Counted from the whole stretch's first letter, positions 1 through 10,134 are shown. The stretch is DNA of 61,967 bases, filler included, from a candidate division WOR-3 bacterium (GCA_016934535.1; 5 parts of 5 records of this genome joined end to end with filler, not necessarily neighbours in it); one strand, 5' to 3'. Numbers and translations are program-made. Notes: generated from the sequence alone by a model not told the origin.

Positions 1-938
1 TGTTTGGAAAGGGCTTCGATCTTATTTTCGTTGTGGGCTATGTCTATAAAAACACCTGAAGAAATCTCTTCGAATCTTCCCGCAAAACTCAAATTGCCCA
101 TTTTATAAAGAGCTTCGGAAATTTTATTGTCTCCGCAGAAATGCCGGAAAATTTTAAGCGAAAGAGAGGCGTTTGCTATTTGATGCTCCTGTCCAAACAA
201 TTTTGAATCTTTTTCTGATTTGCTGGCGTAATCACGGATCATCTTTGTGTTTTCTTCATCCAAAACGAACATTTCGGTTTCATTTTTACGGCAGAATTGC
301 CTGAATATCTCCAATGTCTCTTCGTCTGTTTCTCCGGTGAATAAAGGTCTGTTTTTTCTTATGATTCCGGCTTTTTCAGACGCCCTTTGCCATTTCTGCT
401 CTCCGAGGCTCAAAGGATGATCGTAACCTACGGAAGTAATGACTGCGGCTTCAACGTCCACTGCCGTGAGCCTTTCGTATCTTCCGCCGCAGCCGGTTTC
501 AAGAAAAGCCCACTCTACGCCGTGCTTCTCGAAAATCAACAGAGCTGCGAGAACGCATATCTCGCTGAACGACAGGGGAGTCTGTGGATTTTTTGAATAA
601 CGCTTCAAACAAAGGGGCAGAAGTTTATTTTCCCATACTTCGGTAATCTCTCGAGCCTCGACTGTTTTACCCTGGACGGAAAATCTTTCCCTGAAGTCGA
701 AAAGATGTGGATTTGTGAACGATCCTGTTTTGTGATTTACGGAGAAAGAGGCTTCCAGAAAACGGCAAACCGATCCTTTGCCGCTCGTTCCGGCTATTTG
801 AATGAATTTTGTCGGGTGTTTTCCATGCCATATCTCGCCAAGAATTTCTTTCATCATTTCGAATCTGTAAAATCTCTCCGCCATCCAGTCAGCATGGAAA
901 ATCTGATCTACGGCTGTGTAATAAGTGAAATCAGGCAT
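1..938 (-). CDS. folC: Folylpolyglutamate synthase/dihydrofolate synthase, 3' end beyond window
   Basis: Hand translation from ATG 938: MPDFTYY...IQIAGTSGKGS...FTNPHLFDFRERF; FolC P-loop and SPHL-like motifs; absent from ORF track because it runs off the window. Confidence 0.85.
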   Translation of the reverse strand, partial: MPDFTYYTAVDQIFHADWMAERFYRFEMMKEILGEIWHGKHPTKFIQIAGTSGKGSVCRFLEASFSVNHKTGSFTNPHLFDFRERFSVQGKTVEAREITEVWENKLLPLCLKRYSKNPQTPLSFSEICVLAALLIFEKHGVEWAFLETGCGGRYERLTAVDVEAAVITSVGYDHPLSLGEQKWQRASEKAGIIRKNRPLFTGETDEETLEIFRQFCRKNETEMFVLDEENTKMIRDYASKSEKDSKLFGQEHQIANASLSLKIFRHFCGDNKISEALYKMGNLSFAGRFEEISSGVFIDIAHNENKIEALSK

Positions 939-947
939 AACAGTCAG

Positions 948-2330
948 CTATTTGTGGATTTTGCTCAAAAAATCTTCAATTTCCGGAATCCCGCCCTGAA
1001 ATATGAGATACCCGTTGTAAGGTTCCCTTTCCGTAATCTCATCAGAAACCGGTGATAGCATTATCTTTTTGACTTCATCCAAGTCGCTTGTCTGACCGAG
1101 CGCCCATCCTAATTTTATGTAGGCCACTTCCGGCAGCATGTTTTCTGCAGGCACGACCCCCAAGCTCATTAGGTCTCTGCCCGTGTCGTAAACGAACATG
1201 TGAACGTATCCCCAAAGCGTTTGAACGGTCATGAACATCGCGACATTCTTTTTTGCCGCTCTCTCTATGGCAGGATAAAGAGGTTTGTTGACGTGACCGA
1301 GACCGGTTCCAATGATGATAATACCCTTGTATCCGTTGTCGACAAGTGAATCTATCATGTCGGGAGCCATGTTCGGATAATAATAAATCATGGCGACTTT
1401 TTCTTCGAAAAAAGGGATTATGTTAGCCGTTTTGTCGGATCTTCTTTTTTTGTACGTCTTTCTGATAGGCGTTATTTTATCTCTGTCGACCATAGCTATC
1501 GGAATGTCGCCTATGGTCCTGAAAGTCGAACGGTATGAGGAGTGCATTTTTCTAACTCTCGTCCCGCTGTGAAGCAGTCCGAATTTGTCTGATGTCGGAC
1601 CGAACATACAGACCATAACTTCTGCAATGTCTGATTCAGCGGCGGTTTTTACGGCGTGAATCAGGTTGAGGGCGGCGTCGGAAGACGGCCTGTCGGAGGA
1701 TCTCTGCGATCCGACCATGACTATAGGGACAGGTGAGTTCTGGACCATGAAAGAGAGTGCGGCGGCCGTGTGGTGCATCGTGTCCGTGCCGTGACCAATG
1801 ACTATGCCCTGAGTTCCTTTCTTTATTTCTTCTCCTATCGCGATGGCGAGTGTTTTATACTGCTGGGGACCCATATTCTCGCTGAATACGGCAAAAAGTT
1901 TTTCAGTCGTGAGGTTGCAGATGTCAGCCAGTTCCGGAACCGCTCCGTAAAGTTCTCCCGGAGAAAAAGCGGGTATCACTGCGCCTGTTCTGTAGTCGAG
2001 TCTGGAGGCGATAGTGCCGCCGGTTCCGAATAATTTTATGGCGGGTTTATCAGGCGAGAACGGGAATTCCTTTTCGGGAATTTTGTAGTGAGCCTCTTTG
2101 TACCCGACGTCCTCGATAGCCGCGATGATGTCAGCTGATATACCTATGTTATAGCCGCTGGGAATTTTTAATACAATGTGCCTGTCGTCGTCGTTTACCG
2201 ATCTGGGGAGTATTATACCTCTGAATTCGCCTCTATTTGTCTTGACGACGGCATCTGTCCATACGGGCACGTTGAATTTTTTAAGGACTTTGAGTGAGGC
2301 TCCTCTGTATCCTTTGTAAATCTCTAGCAT
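948..2330 (-). CDS. gatD: Glu-tRNA(Gln) amidotransferase subunit D (asparaginase-like, with N-terminal domain)
   Basis: GTGGTIASRLDY, HGTDTM, GSQRSSDRPSSDA, RKMHSSYR; N-terminal LKIPSGYNIG domain typical of GatD; ATG 2330 overlaps gatE stop (TAATG). Confidence 0.93.
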   Translation of the reverse strand: MLEIYKGYRGASLKVLKKFNVPVWTDAVVKTNRGEFRGIILPRSVNDDDRHIVLKIPSGYNIGISADIIAAIEDVGYKEAHYKIPEKEFPFSPDKPAIKLFGTGGTIASRLDYRTGAVIPAFSPGELYGAVPELADICNLTTEKLFAVFSENMGPQQYKTLAIAIGEEIKKGTQGIVIGHGTDTMHHTAAALSFMVQNSPVPIVMVGSQRSSDRPSSDAALNLIHAVKTAAESDIAEVMVCMFGPTSDKFGLLHSGTRVRKMHSSYRSTFRTIGDIPIAMVDRDKITPIRKTYKKRRSDKTANIIPFFEEKVAMIYYYPNMAPDMIDSLVDNGYKGIIIIGTGLGHVNKPLYPAIERAAKKNVAMFMTVQTLWGYVHMFVYDTGRDLMSLGVVPAENMLPEVAYIKLGWALGQTSDLDEVKKIMLSPVSDEITEREPYNGYLIFQGGIPEIEDFLSKIHK

Positions 2331-4288
2331 TAAGAAATCTCCGCGTTCAATTCTCTGAGCGGGATGTTGCCCAAAGAAACTGTTTTTAATTTTCCCATGA
2401 GCCATCTGCTTTCGGCTTTTTCGTCTTTTGATTTCCTTATTTTTGAAAAGTTTTTCCTGAGTTCCGGGACAAGAGAGAGTATTTCGTTTTTTTCTGTTCT
2501 GACGAAACCCGAAAGTGCAAAAAGTGATTCAATTTCCATGTTAGGATTTTCGATTAGTATTTTTGAAACATCGCGTATCTTTTCGAAATTTATGGAATGA
2601 GACTGCATGTGGCTGAAAATCTCGGATAATCTGACGTAAGGGAAATTTTTACCGGTTTTACCTTCGAGATTTTTAATGAAATGTCCGAACAGGCACGAGA
2701 GAAATTTCTGATGAATTCCGAAAAGTAAATTAATTTCTTCGAGCACAGGCATGAGATTTTTCTTGAGCATATAATTTTTAACGTCTTCGGGGGCATCCCA
2801 GGAGTCGAGTTGATCAAATCTTTCTTTTACCGGCACTGGGAGCTTGGCTTCAATATTTTCTACATATGTGTTTTCAAGGGGGATGGGAGCTGAATCAGTG
2901 TCCGGGTACATTCTGTCAGGACCGGGAAGAACTCTTTCGAAAATCGTCGTTCCGTCGGGCATGCCTTTTCTCGTTTCACCGGGAACACCGTCGAACAGAA
3001 GAAGACATCTTTCTTCAACGGCCTCGAGAGCGGTTTTCATGTCTTCCTCTGGTCCCCAGAATACAAGAACAGAATCTCCTCTTTCGCAGTGCAAAGCTCT
3101 CGATATTTCGTTGAGCATTTTTTTATTTTGACTGAATTGACCGTCTTCGGAATGAATGAGGTTGGGTTTTTCCAAACCGGCGATGACTTTAAGCCTTCCG
3201 CTCAATTCGTCAGAAAAATCCTTTCCGGGTGATGTGAAGAAGGAAAGAATTCCTTCGAATCCCGGCAGGCGAATCGCGCGGGCGGATAAAATTTCCCTGC
3301 CGTAAGCTTTCGTGTGTGAATGGGGAAGATCGAGTCTGTCCGGATCTATTGCCGCGGAAAAAATATGCCAGTTTTTTTTGTTTCCGAAACGTTTTATAAG
3401 GATTTTTTGTATTTCGAGCAGAGCTTTCTGGCGGAATGCCTCATTGTGAACCAGCCACGGGAAGTAACTTATTTTGGATATTCCCTTAAGTTCGACGCGT
3501 GTTCCGCCTGAGACGCTGACATTGACGTCCTGCCTCGTCGCTCCGATGCCCGTTCTTACTTTTCCGGTGCTTCTGGTCAGGAATCTTATGTATTGACCGG
3601 CTTCGACGACCTCGAGGGGATCGAGCATGTCCGGATAAGTCACTGTTTCGATGAGAGGCATTCCGAGCCTGTCTGTCGTGTAAATCCTGTCGTGCCTGAA
3701 ATCCGAGACTTCCCTGCAAGAATCCTCTTCAAGGCTGAGCTGAATAATTCTCACGTCTTTGTTTTTGAGAGGGATTTTGCCTTCAATGCCTACTATTGCC
3801 GTCCTTTGAAATCCCGTAGGTATGCTTCCGTCGAGATATTGCTTTCTCGTAATGTGAAGTTCTCCGACAATGTTTGTCCTCAAAAGACAGGCTATCTCAA
3901 CGGCTATGTCCAATGCGTTTAAATTGACTGAAAAAGGGGGTGTGTCGTCAATTTCGTAAGTACAAGTCGTTTCTTTTCTTATTCTGTATATTATTTTTTT
4001 TCTCGTTTTGAATTCCATCAGAGCCGTACCGTCGTATTCACCCAGTTCGCTCAAAGTGGGCCGCATGTGCCTGATCAGTTCAGCTTCGAAATATCCGGGT
4101 TCAAAATAAATTCCCGCCGGACAGCGGCAGAACAGTTTTTTATCTGTTAAAAGCTGTTGATGGACTTCGAGACCGCATTTGAAACCCAGTGACGTATAAG
4201 TGTCATTGACGGCGCTTTTGTAAGGGACGTAGCCGGTCAAAGCCCTTGTTTTTTGTATGTTTTCTTCACGATTGAAATAATCTTGCAT
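2330..4288 (-). CDS. gatE: Glu-tRNA(Gln) amidotransferase subunit E
   Basis: GFKCGLEVHQQL, LRPTLSELGE-like MRPTLSELGE, DGSIPTGFQRT, LEEDSCR, DRLGMPLIE, GIGATRQDVNVS, PGPDRMYPDTD; 652 aa with central insertion domain, unlike shorter GatB. Confidence 0.93.
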   Translation of the reverse strand: MQDYFNREENIQKTRALTGYVPYKSAVNDTYTSLGFKCGLEVHQQLLTDKKLFCRCPAGIYFEPGYFEAELIRHMRPTLSELGEYDGTALMEFKTRKKIIYRIRKETTCTYEIDDTPPFSVNLNALDIAVEIACLLRTNIVGELHITRKQYLDGSIPTGFQRTAIVGIEGKIPLKNKDVRIIQLSLEEDSCREVSDFRHDRIYTTDRLGMPLIETVTYPDMLDPLEVVEAGQYIRFLTRSTGKVRTGIGATRQDVNVSVSGGTRVELKGISKISYFPWLVHNEAFRQKALLEIQKILIKRFGNKKNWHIFSAAIDPDRLDLPHSHTKAYGREILSARAIRLPGFEGILSFFTSPGKDFSDELSGRLKVIAGLEKPNLIHSEDGQFSQNKKMLNEISRALHCERGDSVLVFWGPEEDMKTALEAVEERCLLLFDGVPGETRKGMPDGTTIFERVLPGPDRMYPDTDSAPIPLENTYVENIEAKLPVPVKERFDQLDSWDAPEDVKNYMLKKNLMPVLEEINLLFGIHQKFLSCLFGHFIKNLEGKTGKNFPYVRLSEIFSHMQSHSINFEKIRDVSKILIENPNMEIESLFALSGFVRTEKNEILSLVPELRKNFSKIRKSKDEKAESRWLMGKLKTVSLGNIPLRELNAEIS

Positions 4289-4374
4289 AAAATCTTCTGT
4301 TATTATAGGATTGATGACTATATATCAAAATCAGGTACAAAGCAAATGCAATTGCCCGAACAAAAGAGGTTAAA

Positions 4375-5721
4375 ATGACGAAAGAAATTTACAAAGTTTT
4401 CGCGGCGGTTTTAATGTTACTTTTGCCGGCGGCTTTTTATGCCGGAGTATGTATACCGGGAGTTGGTTGTTTTTCAGGAGTTGAAGGCTGTGAGATTACT
4501 ACGCCCTGGTATAATCCCGGCTACCTCTATACATATCAGAAAGCCATCGAAAAAAACGCCGTCGGTGTTGAGTACGGAGAAAGATTCCCGGGAACCGACA
4601 GATGGGGATTCCTGCATTACCGTCTCGGTAAAAATTACATCGGGCTCGCCGCCAACAGAAAGCAGTATTTGGGCGGTTACCCGTTCGACACGACGTATTT
4701 CAGACCCAGGATATCTGCGCCCAACGATGTATTCCCTTACATGCTCGATTCGATAAAACCGCCGACTTATCTGGTCGACGTCATCGTATCCAGAAATATG
4801 TTCGGCGGGGGAGCGGGGCTCAATGTGCATTTCGGTTCCAAATCCCAGGAAAGCGAATACGATTATTTCCTGACTCAGAGCCACATAAAAGCAGAACCGA
4901 GTTCAAATTCATTCGGAGCGATTTTAGGGATAGACAATAAAAGTTACTACATCACAGCAGGCTTTGACTATCTGACGTGGAATTCCGATTTTGAGATTGT
5001 CGACACTTTAAACGACACTAATTTCGTCGATTTCGAAAACACTTACACCAGCGCGAATTTAAATTTTCAGTACAAAAAATGGATAGACCAGACAAGATAC
5101 ATAACATTGCCGACTCTTTCATTCAACTATGATAACGGCAGTGAGAATTTTTCATCGCGAGAACTGGGACACGCGCTAAATCCGGAAAACGAAAGAAACA
5201 AATACTCATTGACTACGGGTCTAGCTTTTGACGACATGGGAATCCCGAATTCGTTCAGCGTCGGAGTAAATTTTATTTACACAAGAACCGTGAACGAATT
5301 CCAAATGGACACGGTTTTCACGGATATGGCAGCCGACACTATTTTCAGAACACTGCCGGGAAAAGCGACTATTGACGAGTACACTTTTCCCCAGATGTAC
5401 TTTTCGGCTAATTTCTTTATATGGAAATGGCTGAGCGCCAACGCTTCTGTGAATTACTCTATAAAATACACGTCGTCTGACGTAGAAAGATCATACGCTG
5501 AGCTGGACGGAGGATCTTACGTCCTGAGAAAAACTCTACAAAAGAAAACCGGTTTTGAAAGGGAAATTTCATTCGATCTCGGGGCGGAGATAACTGTTCT
5601 CGAAGACCTTAAAATCAATTTTGTTGTCGACGACAAAATTCTTTTTGACGAACCATATTTGATCTCGGGAGACAAGTCTTTTTTGATTGTTACAAAGATC
5701 ACGGCTTGGTACCAGTTCTGA
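4375..5721 (+). CDS. Putative outer-membrane beta-barrel protein
   Basis: Signal peptide, alternating amphipathic strands, aromatic-rich, C-terminal WYQF; GAGG RBS. Confidence 0.6.
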   Translation: MTKEIYKVFAAVLMLLLPAAFYAGVCIPGVGCFSGVEGCEITTPWYNPGYLYTYQKAIEKNAVGVEYGERFPGTDRWGFLHYRLGKNYIGLAANRKQYLGGYPFDTTYFRPRISAPNDVFPYMLDSIKPPTYLVDVIVSRNMFGGGAGLNVHFGSKSQESEYDYFLTQSHIKAEPSSNSFGAILGIDNKSYYITAGFDYLTWNSDFEIVDTLNDTNFVDFENTYTSANLNFQYKKWIDQTRYITLPTLSFNYDNGSENFSSRELGHALNPENERNKYSLTTGLAFDDMGIPNSFSVGVNFIYTRTVNEFQMDTVFTDMAADTIFRTLPGKATIDEYTFPQMYFSANFFIWKWLSANASVNYSIKYTSSDVERSYAELDGGSYVLRKTLQKKTGFEREISFDLGAEITVLEDLKINFVVDDKILFDEPYLISGDKSFLIVTKITAWYQF

Positions 5722-5744
5722 AAAGTATTTTTTGATTCATCCGC

Positions 5745-6776
5745 ATGTCCGTTCTGAATCTTATACTCTTTGTTCTCTTTTATGCAGGGCGTGAACCGGT
5801 CACCTCTACCGATCAGTTCTCAGACGACATCGGATGGATCATGGAGAATATACAGGAAAAAGTTATAGGCTCGGAAGAGAGCCTCGTCATATTTCATTCG
5901 GTCGAATATTACCTAAAGTCTGCTGAAAGATATGAGTGGTCCGACGAAATTCCTGAAGACATTAGAAAAAGATACGTCCTTTATCCGAGGCTTTCTCAGG
6001 AACCCCTTGAAGATTACAGGCCATTTTTTTATGATATCCTCGCCGACAGCCTTGACACCTGTCAAAACTCTGCTTCAGCCGCGGAGACAATATTCAGATG
6101 GTCTTCTTCTGTTTTGAAATTCAAACAGACGTCGAGGAGGGACCAGGGGCCTTTGGAGACTTATTATTCGGGTTACGGAAGGTGCGAAGAACTGATGATT
6201 TTTTCCGCGTCAGTCTGCAGGACATTCGGTATTCCGGCCCGGCAGGTTTATGTCCCTTATTGGTCTTTCACGGACAACAATCACGCATGGACGGAGGTTT
6301 TTGTCGGCGGAGAATGGCATTACATAGACGAAGGCGCCGTTCTCGATGAAACCTGGTTCAGCGATTATCTTGAAAAAACGGCTCTTGTTCTGGCCGTTTC
6401 GCCGGGAAGACCGGAAAATGAAGATATTGTCAGAGAGTACCATGACGCTTCGCTGATAAACAGAACTAGAAATTACGCTCCTTCGGGCGTTCTCTTATTT
6501 ATTGTTACAGAAGACGGAGAACCAGCTGAAAGCGCGCGAGTGTCTGTGTGCGTTTATAATTGGGGCGCATTGAGGGAAATTGCCGGTGGATTCACGGGAA
6601 AAGACGGATTATATTCCTTGACCCTGGGTTTGGTGAGCGTGTTTGCTTTTTCTGAAAAAAAAGGAAAAACGGCATTCGGTATTTATACTCCGCTTGACTC
6701 CGACACCGTGCGTTGCCTTCTCGATCTGGGAACTTATTCCTGGACGGACACGTCGTTTTTTCTGAGGATCAAATGA
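5745..6776 (+). CDS. Exported transglutaminase-like protein with intact Cys-His-Asp triad
   Basis: GRCEE, GIPARQV, NHAWTEV, WHYID; hydrophobic N-terminus. Confidence 0.8.
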   Translation: MSVLNLILFVLFYAGREPVTSTDQFSDDIGWIMENIQEKVIGSEESLVIFHSVEYYLKSAERYEWSDEIPEDIRKRYVLYPRLSQEPLEDYRPFFYDILADSLDTCQNSASAAETIFRWSSSVLKFKQTSRRDQGPLETYYSGYGRCEELMIFSASVCRTFGIPARQVYVPYWSFTDNNHAWTEVFVGGEWHYIDEGAVLDETWFSDYLEKTALVLAVSPGRPENEDIVREYHDASLINRTRNYAPSGVLLFIVTEDGEPAESARVSVCVYNWGALREIAGGFTGKDGLYSLTLGLVSVFAFSEKKGKTAFGIYTPLDSDTVRCLLDLGTYSWTDTSFFLRIK

Positions 6777-8161
6777 AAATTTATTTATTTGCGGTTTTAT
6801 TGTGTATGACGCAGATTTTATACCCTTCCAACGATGATATATTCGAAAGAGCCGGTGAAAAAGCGTTTAACGTCGCGTCTTTTCTGAATTCAATCGGCGA
6901 CGATACAAAAGCCGGATACGCGCTCAATCTCCTTGAAATACTCGGCAGCATAGATCTTCTGGAATTTGATTCGGCGCTTTTCAGTGGCAATCTAGATTGT
7001 TCGATGGAATTACTCGCGAAAAAATCTTTACCCGATTCAATCTTTGTCAAATACCTGCTCGATTACAGAATATTTTTCGAACCGCCGTCATCATACAAAC
7101 AATTACTCAAGGAGTTTTTTGAAAGTGAAACGGCAATCTCTGAAGACGCGATCACAACAGCTCGAGTTATAAACGACTGGACTCGTTCGTCTCTTTTAAC
7201 TGATTCGTTTAACCTTCTGGGTCCAGGCAGATCCGTGATGCGAATTTTTTACGAAAAATCGGCTACCGAGAGAGAGACAAATATTTTTATTGTTGCCGCC
7301 CTGAGATCCCTCGGTTTTCCATCGAGACTCGTTTTTCTTCCGGCAGGGACAAAGATAGAAAAAAGCTACGAATGGATAGAGATATACGTCCCAAATTCCT
7401 GGGTGCCTTTTTATCCTGACGACGCCTCATTTTCGGGCGATTTTACTTACCCCGATGAAAAGTACGGAGTCAGCGCCGTTTATGCTTTTGGTGCCGGTGA
7501 AATTGAAATGCTGACAGAAAATTATGCATTGACTGGAACGGTTCAGGTTGAACCGGACTCTTTTTCAACGGACGTCTGCGATTATTCGATCGGCATTGTA
7601 TGCGGAGGAGCCATAAAGGTTTTTGATTATTTCGATTTTCCGGATGAAGCCGATGAATTATTTTCAGCTCGCCTCGGAAGAGGGGAGTATTTGTTTGTAA
7701 CCGGGTTGAGAGACGAGAGCGGTTCCGCGGCAGTAAATATGTTCACGTTTGACGTTGAGCCCGGAGAAACCGTGAAGATGGCCTTGGAACAGCCTGAATT
7801 TCCCGTGATCCGTGAAACCGATGAATTGCCCCCGCAAATATTCGAGCGCCTTTCCGCTCTTTCTTTGGAGACGCCCTGTGTAATAATTTGCGGAGATGTG
7901 GAATCCGAGCCGTTTGAGAGGATGCTTGAAATAATAACTCTGGAAGCTGAAAACGTCAGGATATACCTTCCCGATCCGGTTTTATTTCATTCTCTGGAAC
8001 AGGAGGAATACGAACTTCTAATCGGAACAGATATTGAAACCCCTTTGATCGTCGGTTTATCATCTGATCCTGAAAAATGCTTTGTCAGGACAGGATTCAA
8101 TCTCGGTATCGGTGAAAAACTTCGCGAATGGATAAAAACTCTCAGGGAGGAAAACAGATGA
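6773..8161 (+). CDS. Exported transglutaminase-like paralog, catalytic residues replaced
   Basis: ATG 6773 overlaps upstream TGA; LRSLGFPSRLV...YEWIEIY aligns with the upstream paralog but Cys/His/Asp are missing. Confidence 0.65.
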   Translation: MKIYLFAVLLCMTQILYPSNDDIFERAGEKAFNVASFLNSIGDDTKAGYALNLLEILGSIDLLEFDSALFSGNLDCSMELLAKKSLPDSIFVKYLLDYRIFFEPPSSYKQLLKEFFESETAISEDAITTARVINDWTRSSLLTDSFNLLGPGRSVMRIFYEKSATERETNIFIVAALRSLGFPSRLVFLPAGTKIEKSYEWIEIYVPNSWVPFYPDDASFSGDFTYPDEKYGVSAVYAFGAGEIEMLTENYALTGTVQVEPDSFSTDVCDYSIGIVCGGAIKVFDYFDFPDEADELFSARLGRGEYLFVTGLRDESGSAAVNMFTFDVEPGETVKMALEQPEFPVIRETDELPPQIFERLSALSLETPCVIICGDVESEPFERMLEIITLEAENVRIYLPDPVLFHSLEQEEYELLIGTDIETPLIVGLSSDPEKCFVRTGFNLGIGEKLREWIKTLREENR

Positions 8162-9162
8162 GACTTATGGTTACGGGAGGAGCCGGTTTTATCGGGTCTA
8201 ACTATATAAGACAAAGGTTCATCAGGAATCCGTCCGATGAAATATTGAATTACGACCTTCTGACTTACGCAGGAAATCCTGAAAACCTGCGCGACATGGA
8301 AAAAAGCTCATACTCCTATGTATTCGAAAAAGGTGACATATGCGATTCTGAAAGAGTAAGAAGCGTTTTGAAGAACTTTAAACCCGAGGCTGTAATAAAT
8401 TTCGCCGCGGAAAGTCACAACAGTTATTCCGTTCTTGACCCCGGTGTTTTTTTCAGAACAAACGCAATGGGAACCCAAAACTTGCTCGAATGCGCAAGGC
8501 TCGAGTACGTGGAGAGGTTCCATCACATTTCCACCTGTGAAGTTTACGGAGACATGGATTTAAATGACAACGGCTCGTTCACCGAGAGTTCTCCATACAG
8601 ACCAAAGACAGTATATAACGCTTCAAAAGCCGCCGCGGATCATGCTGTCCGGGCGTATCAAAATGTCTTCGGTTTGAAAACGACAATTTCCGTTTGCTGC
8701 AACAATTACGGTCCCTATCAGTATCCTGAAAAACTAATACCGCTTTTTTTAACCAGAATATTCGAAGGGGGAAAAATCCCTGTTTACAGAAGCAGTGCGA
8801 ACAAAAGAGAATGGCTTCACGTCCTGGATCACTGCTCGGCAATAGATGCTGTTCTCCAAAGAGGAAAAATTGGCGAGACATACAACATAGGGAGTTCGGT
8901 TGAAAAGAGCGTTGAAGAAATTGCTGAAACTCTCATGAAACTTACATCCGCTCCTGAAGGAACAAAAACTTACGTCGAAGACAGACCGGGGCACGACAGA
9001 AGATATCTTTTAAACAGCTCCAAAATCAGAAATGAGCTCGGATGGAAACCTGAAATAGATTTCGACGATGGAATTTCTCGCACAGTCGAATGGTTCAGAG
9101 AAAACGAAAAGTGGTGGAAGAATTTGATAAAAAAATCTTCAGTTGACGAGACGGCGTGGTGA
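8158..9162 (+). CDS. rfbB: dTDP-glucose 4,6-dehydratase
   Basis: VTGGAGFIGSN, DLLTYAGN, FAAESH, YNASK, NNYGPYQYPEKLIP, DRPGHDRRY; ATG 8158 after GGAGG. Confidence 0.92.
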   Translation: MRLMVTGGAGFIGSNYIRQRFIRNPSDEILNYDLLTYAGNPENLRDMEKSSYSYVFEKGDICDSERVRSVLKNFKPEAVINFAAESHNSYSVLDPGVFFRTNAMGTQNLLECARLEYVERFHHISTCEVYGDMDLNDNGSFTESSPYRPKTVYNASKAAADHAVRAYQNVFGLKTTISVCCNNYGPYQYPEKLIPLFLTRIFEGGKIPVYRSSANKREWLHVLDHCSAIDAVLQRGKIGETYNIGSSVEKSVEEIAETLMKLTSAPEGTKTYVEDRPGHDRRYLLNSSKIRNELGWKPEIDFDDGISRTVEWFRENEKWWKNLIKKSSVDETAW

Positions 9163-9164
9163 AC

Positions 9165-10004
9165 TCAGAATTTTTTCATTACGAGAACGTCGTCTTCCTT
9201 ACCCTCGTGCCATGTGTTGAAACCGATTTTTTTAAGTTCTTTCAGCATTTCTTTTGAATACCCGGGGATCATTACGGTCAGATATTCCTCGTTTGAACCT
9301 CTTGCTGTTTTCGAGAAAGCGGGCATTAAAGTGAGCGTGTAATCGCTTGCAGGTACGAGCGGAGTCATGATGTCCCTGAATGCGTGCTTGGGCTGAAGAA
9401 ACAGCATTCCCTTGTAACTGAACATTAAGCTTTTTCTTTCGAGCCAGATATGCGTGTCCGAACACTTTTTTACAAATTCCCAGCCCAAAGGTATGTGTTT
9501 TTGGTAGCCGCATTTTTCGACAAAGAGTTTGAAATCATTAACTTGCTTGATTTCCTCTTCTGCGCAAGGTTCGAATTTATCAGTTTCGGCAGAAAAAGAA
9601 GTGAATGATTCTTCAAGACGAAAACCGTCCCTTGTAGAAAGAGACAGCGACTCTTCATTGAGATAGTATGTGGCGAATTCGGCAGTAGTCACTGTTCCGT
9701 TCGATTGAAGTTCAGCCGCTTTTTTAGCGGTGAAATCGTAGAGAATCCTTCCCCAACCTTTACTCTGATAATCCTTGTGAACACGTAAACCTTCCAGCCA
9801 AGCTGTTTTACAGGGATAAACTGAAATTTTTACGGTTCCGATGACTCGCCTTTCGCTTTCCAGCGCCCAAAAATTCCCATCCTCGATCCAGTCCGAGAAG
9901 ACGTCTTCAAGAAAATCGTGACCGTCCCACGTGTTTTTTGATATGTCTGTTATGAAGGGTAAATCATCTATAGTGCATTCTCTGAGGGTGTAGTTTTTAT
10001 CCAT
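9165..10004 (-). CDS. GNAT-family N-acetyltransferase
   Basis: WLEGLRVHKDYQSKGWG acetyl-CoA motif A; GGAGG RBS. Confidence 0.75.
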   Translation of the reverse strand: MDKNYTLRECTIDDLPFITDISKNTWDGHDFLEDVFSDWIEDGNFWALESERRVIGTVKISVYPCKTAWLEGLRVHKDYQSKGWGRILYDFTAKKAAELQSNGTVTTAEFATYYLNEESLSLSTRDGFRLEESFTSFSAETDKFEPCAEEEIKQVNDFKLFVEKCGYQKHIPLGWEFVKKCSDTHIWLERKSLMFSYKGMLFLQPKHAFRDIMTPLVPASDYTLTLMPAFSKTARGSNEEYLTVMIPGYSKEMLKELKKIGFNTWHEGKEDDVLVMKKF

Positions 10005-10095
10005 TTAAACCTCCGTATGATTATTAAAAAAGTAATTTATCAAATCATTCGCTTTTATACAAGGAGTTTGCGAATTCATCAGGGATGTTTTTTTC

Positions 10096-10123
10096 TTGAC
10101 ACGGCTGTTCATTCCTGTAGAAT
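10096..10123 (+). promoter_or_regulatory. Sigma70-type promoter of tRNA(CAT)
   Basis: TTGACA-16nt-TAGAAT, 11 nt upstream of the tRNA. Confidence 0.6.
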
Positions 10124-10134
10124 TAGACGGAATT

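Noticed and set aside
387-1055. Plus-strand ORFs 387-596 and 705-1055
   Set aside because: Antisense shadows of folC and gatD
948-2405. GatD as a plain L-asparaginase, or with the longer 2405 start
   Set aside because: The GatD N-terminal domain and coupling to gatE identify it; ATG 2330 overlapping the gatE stop is the better start
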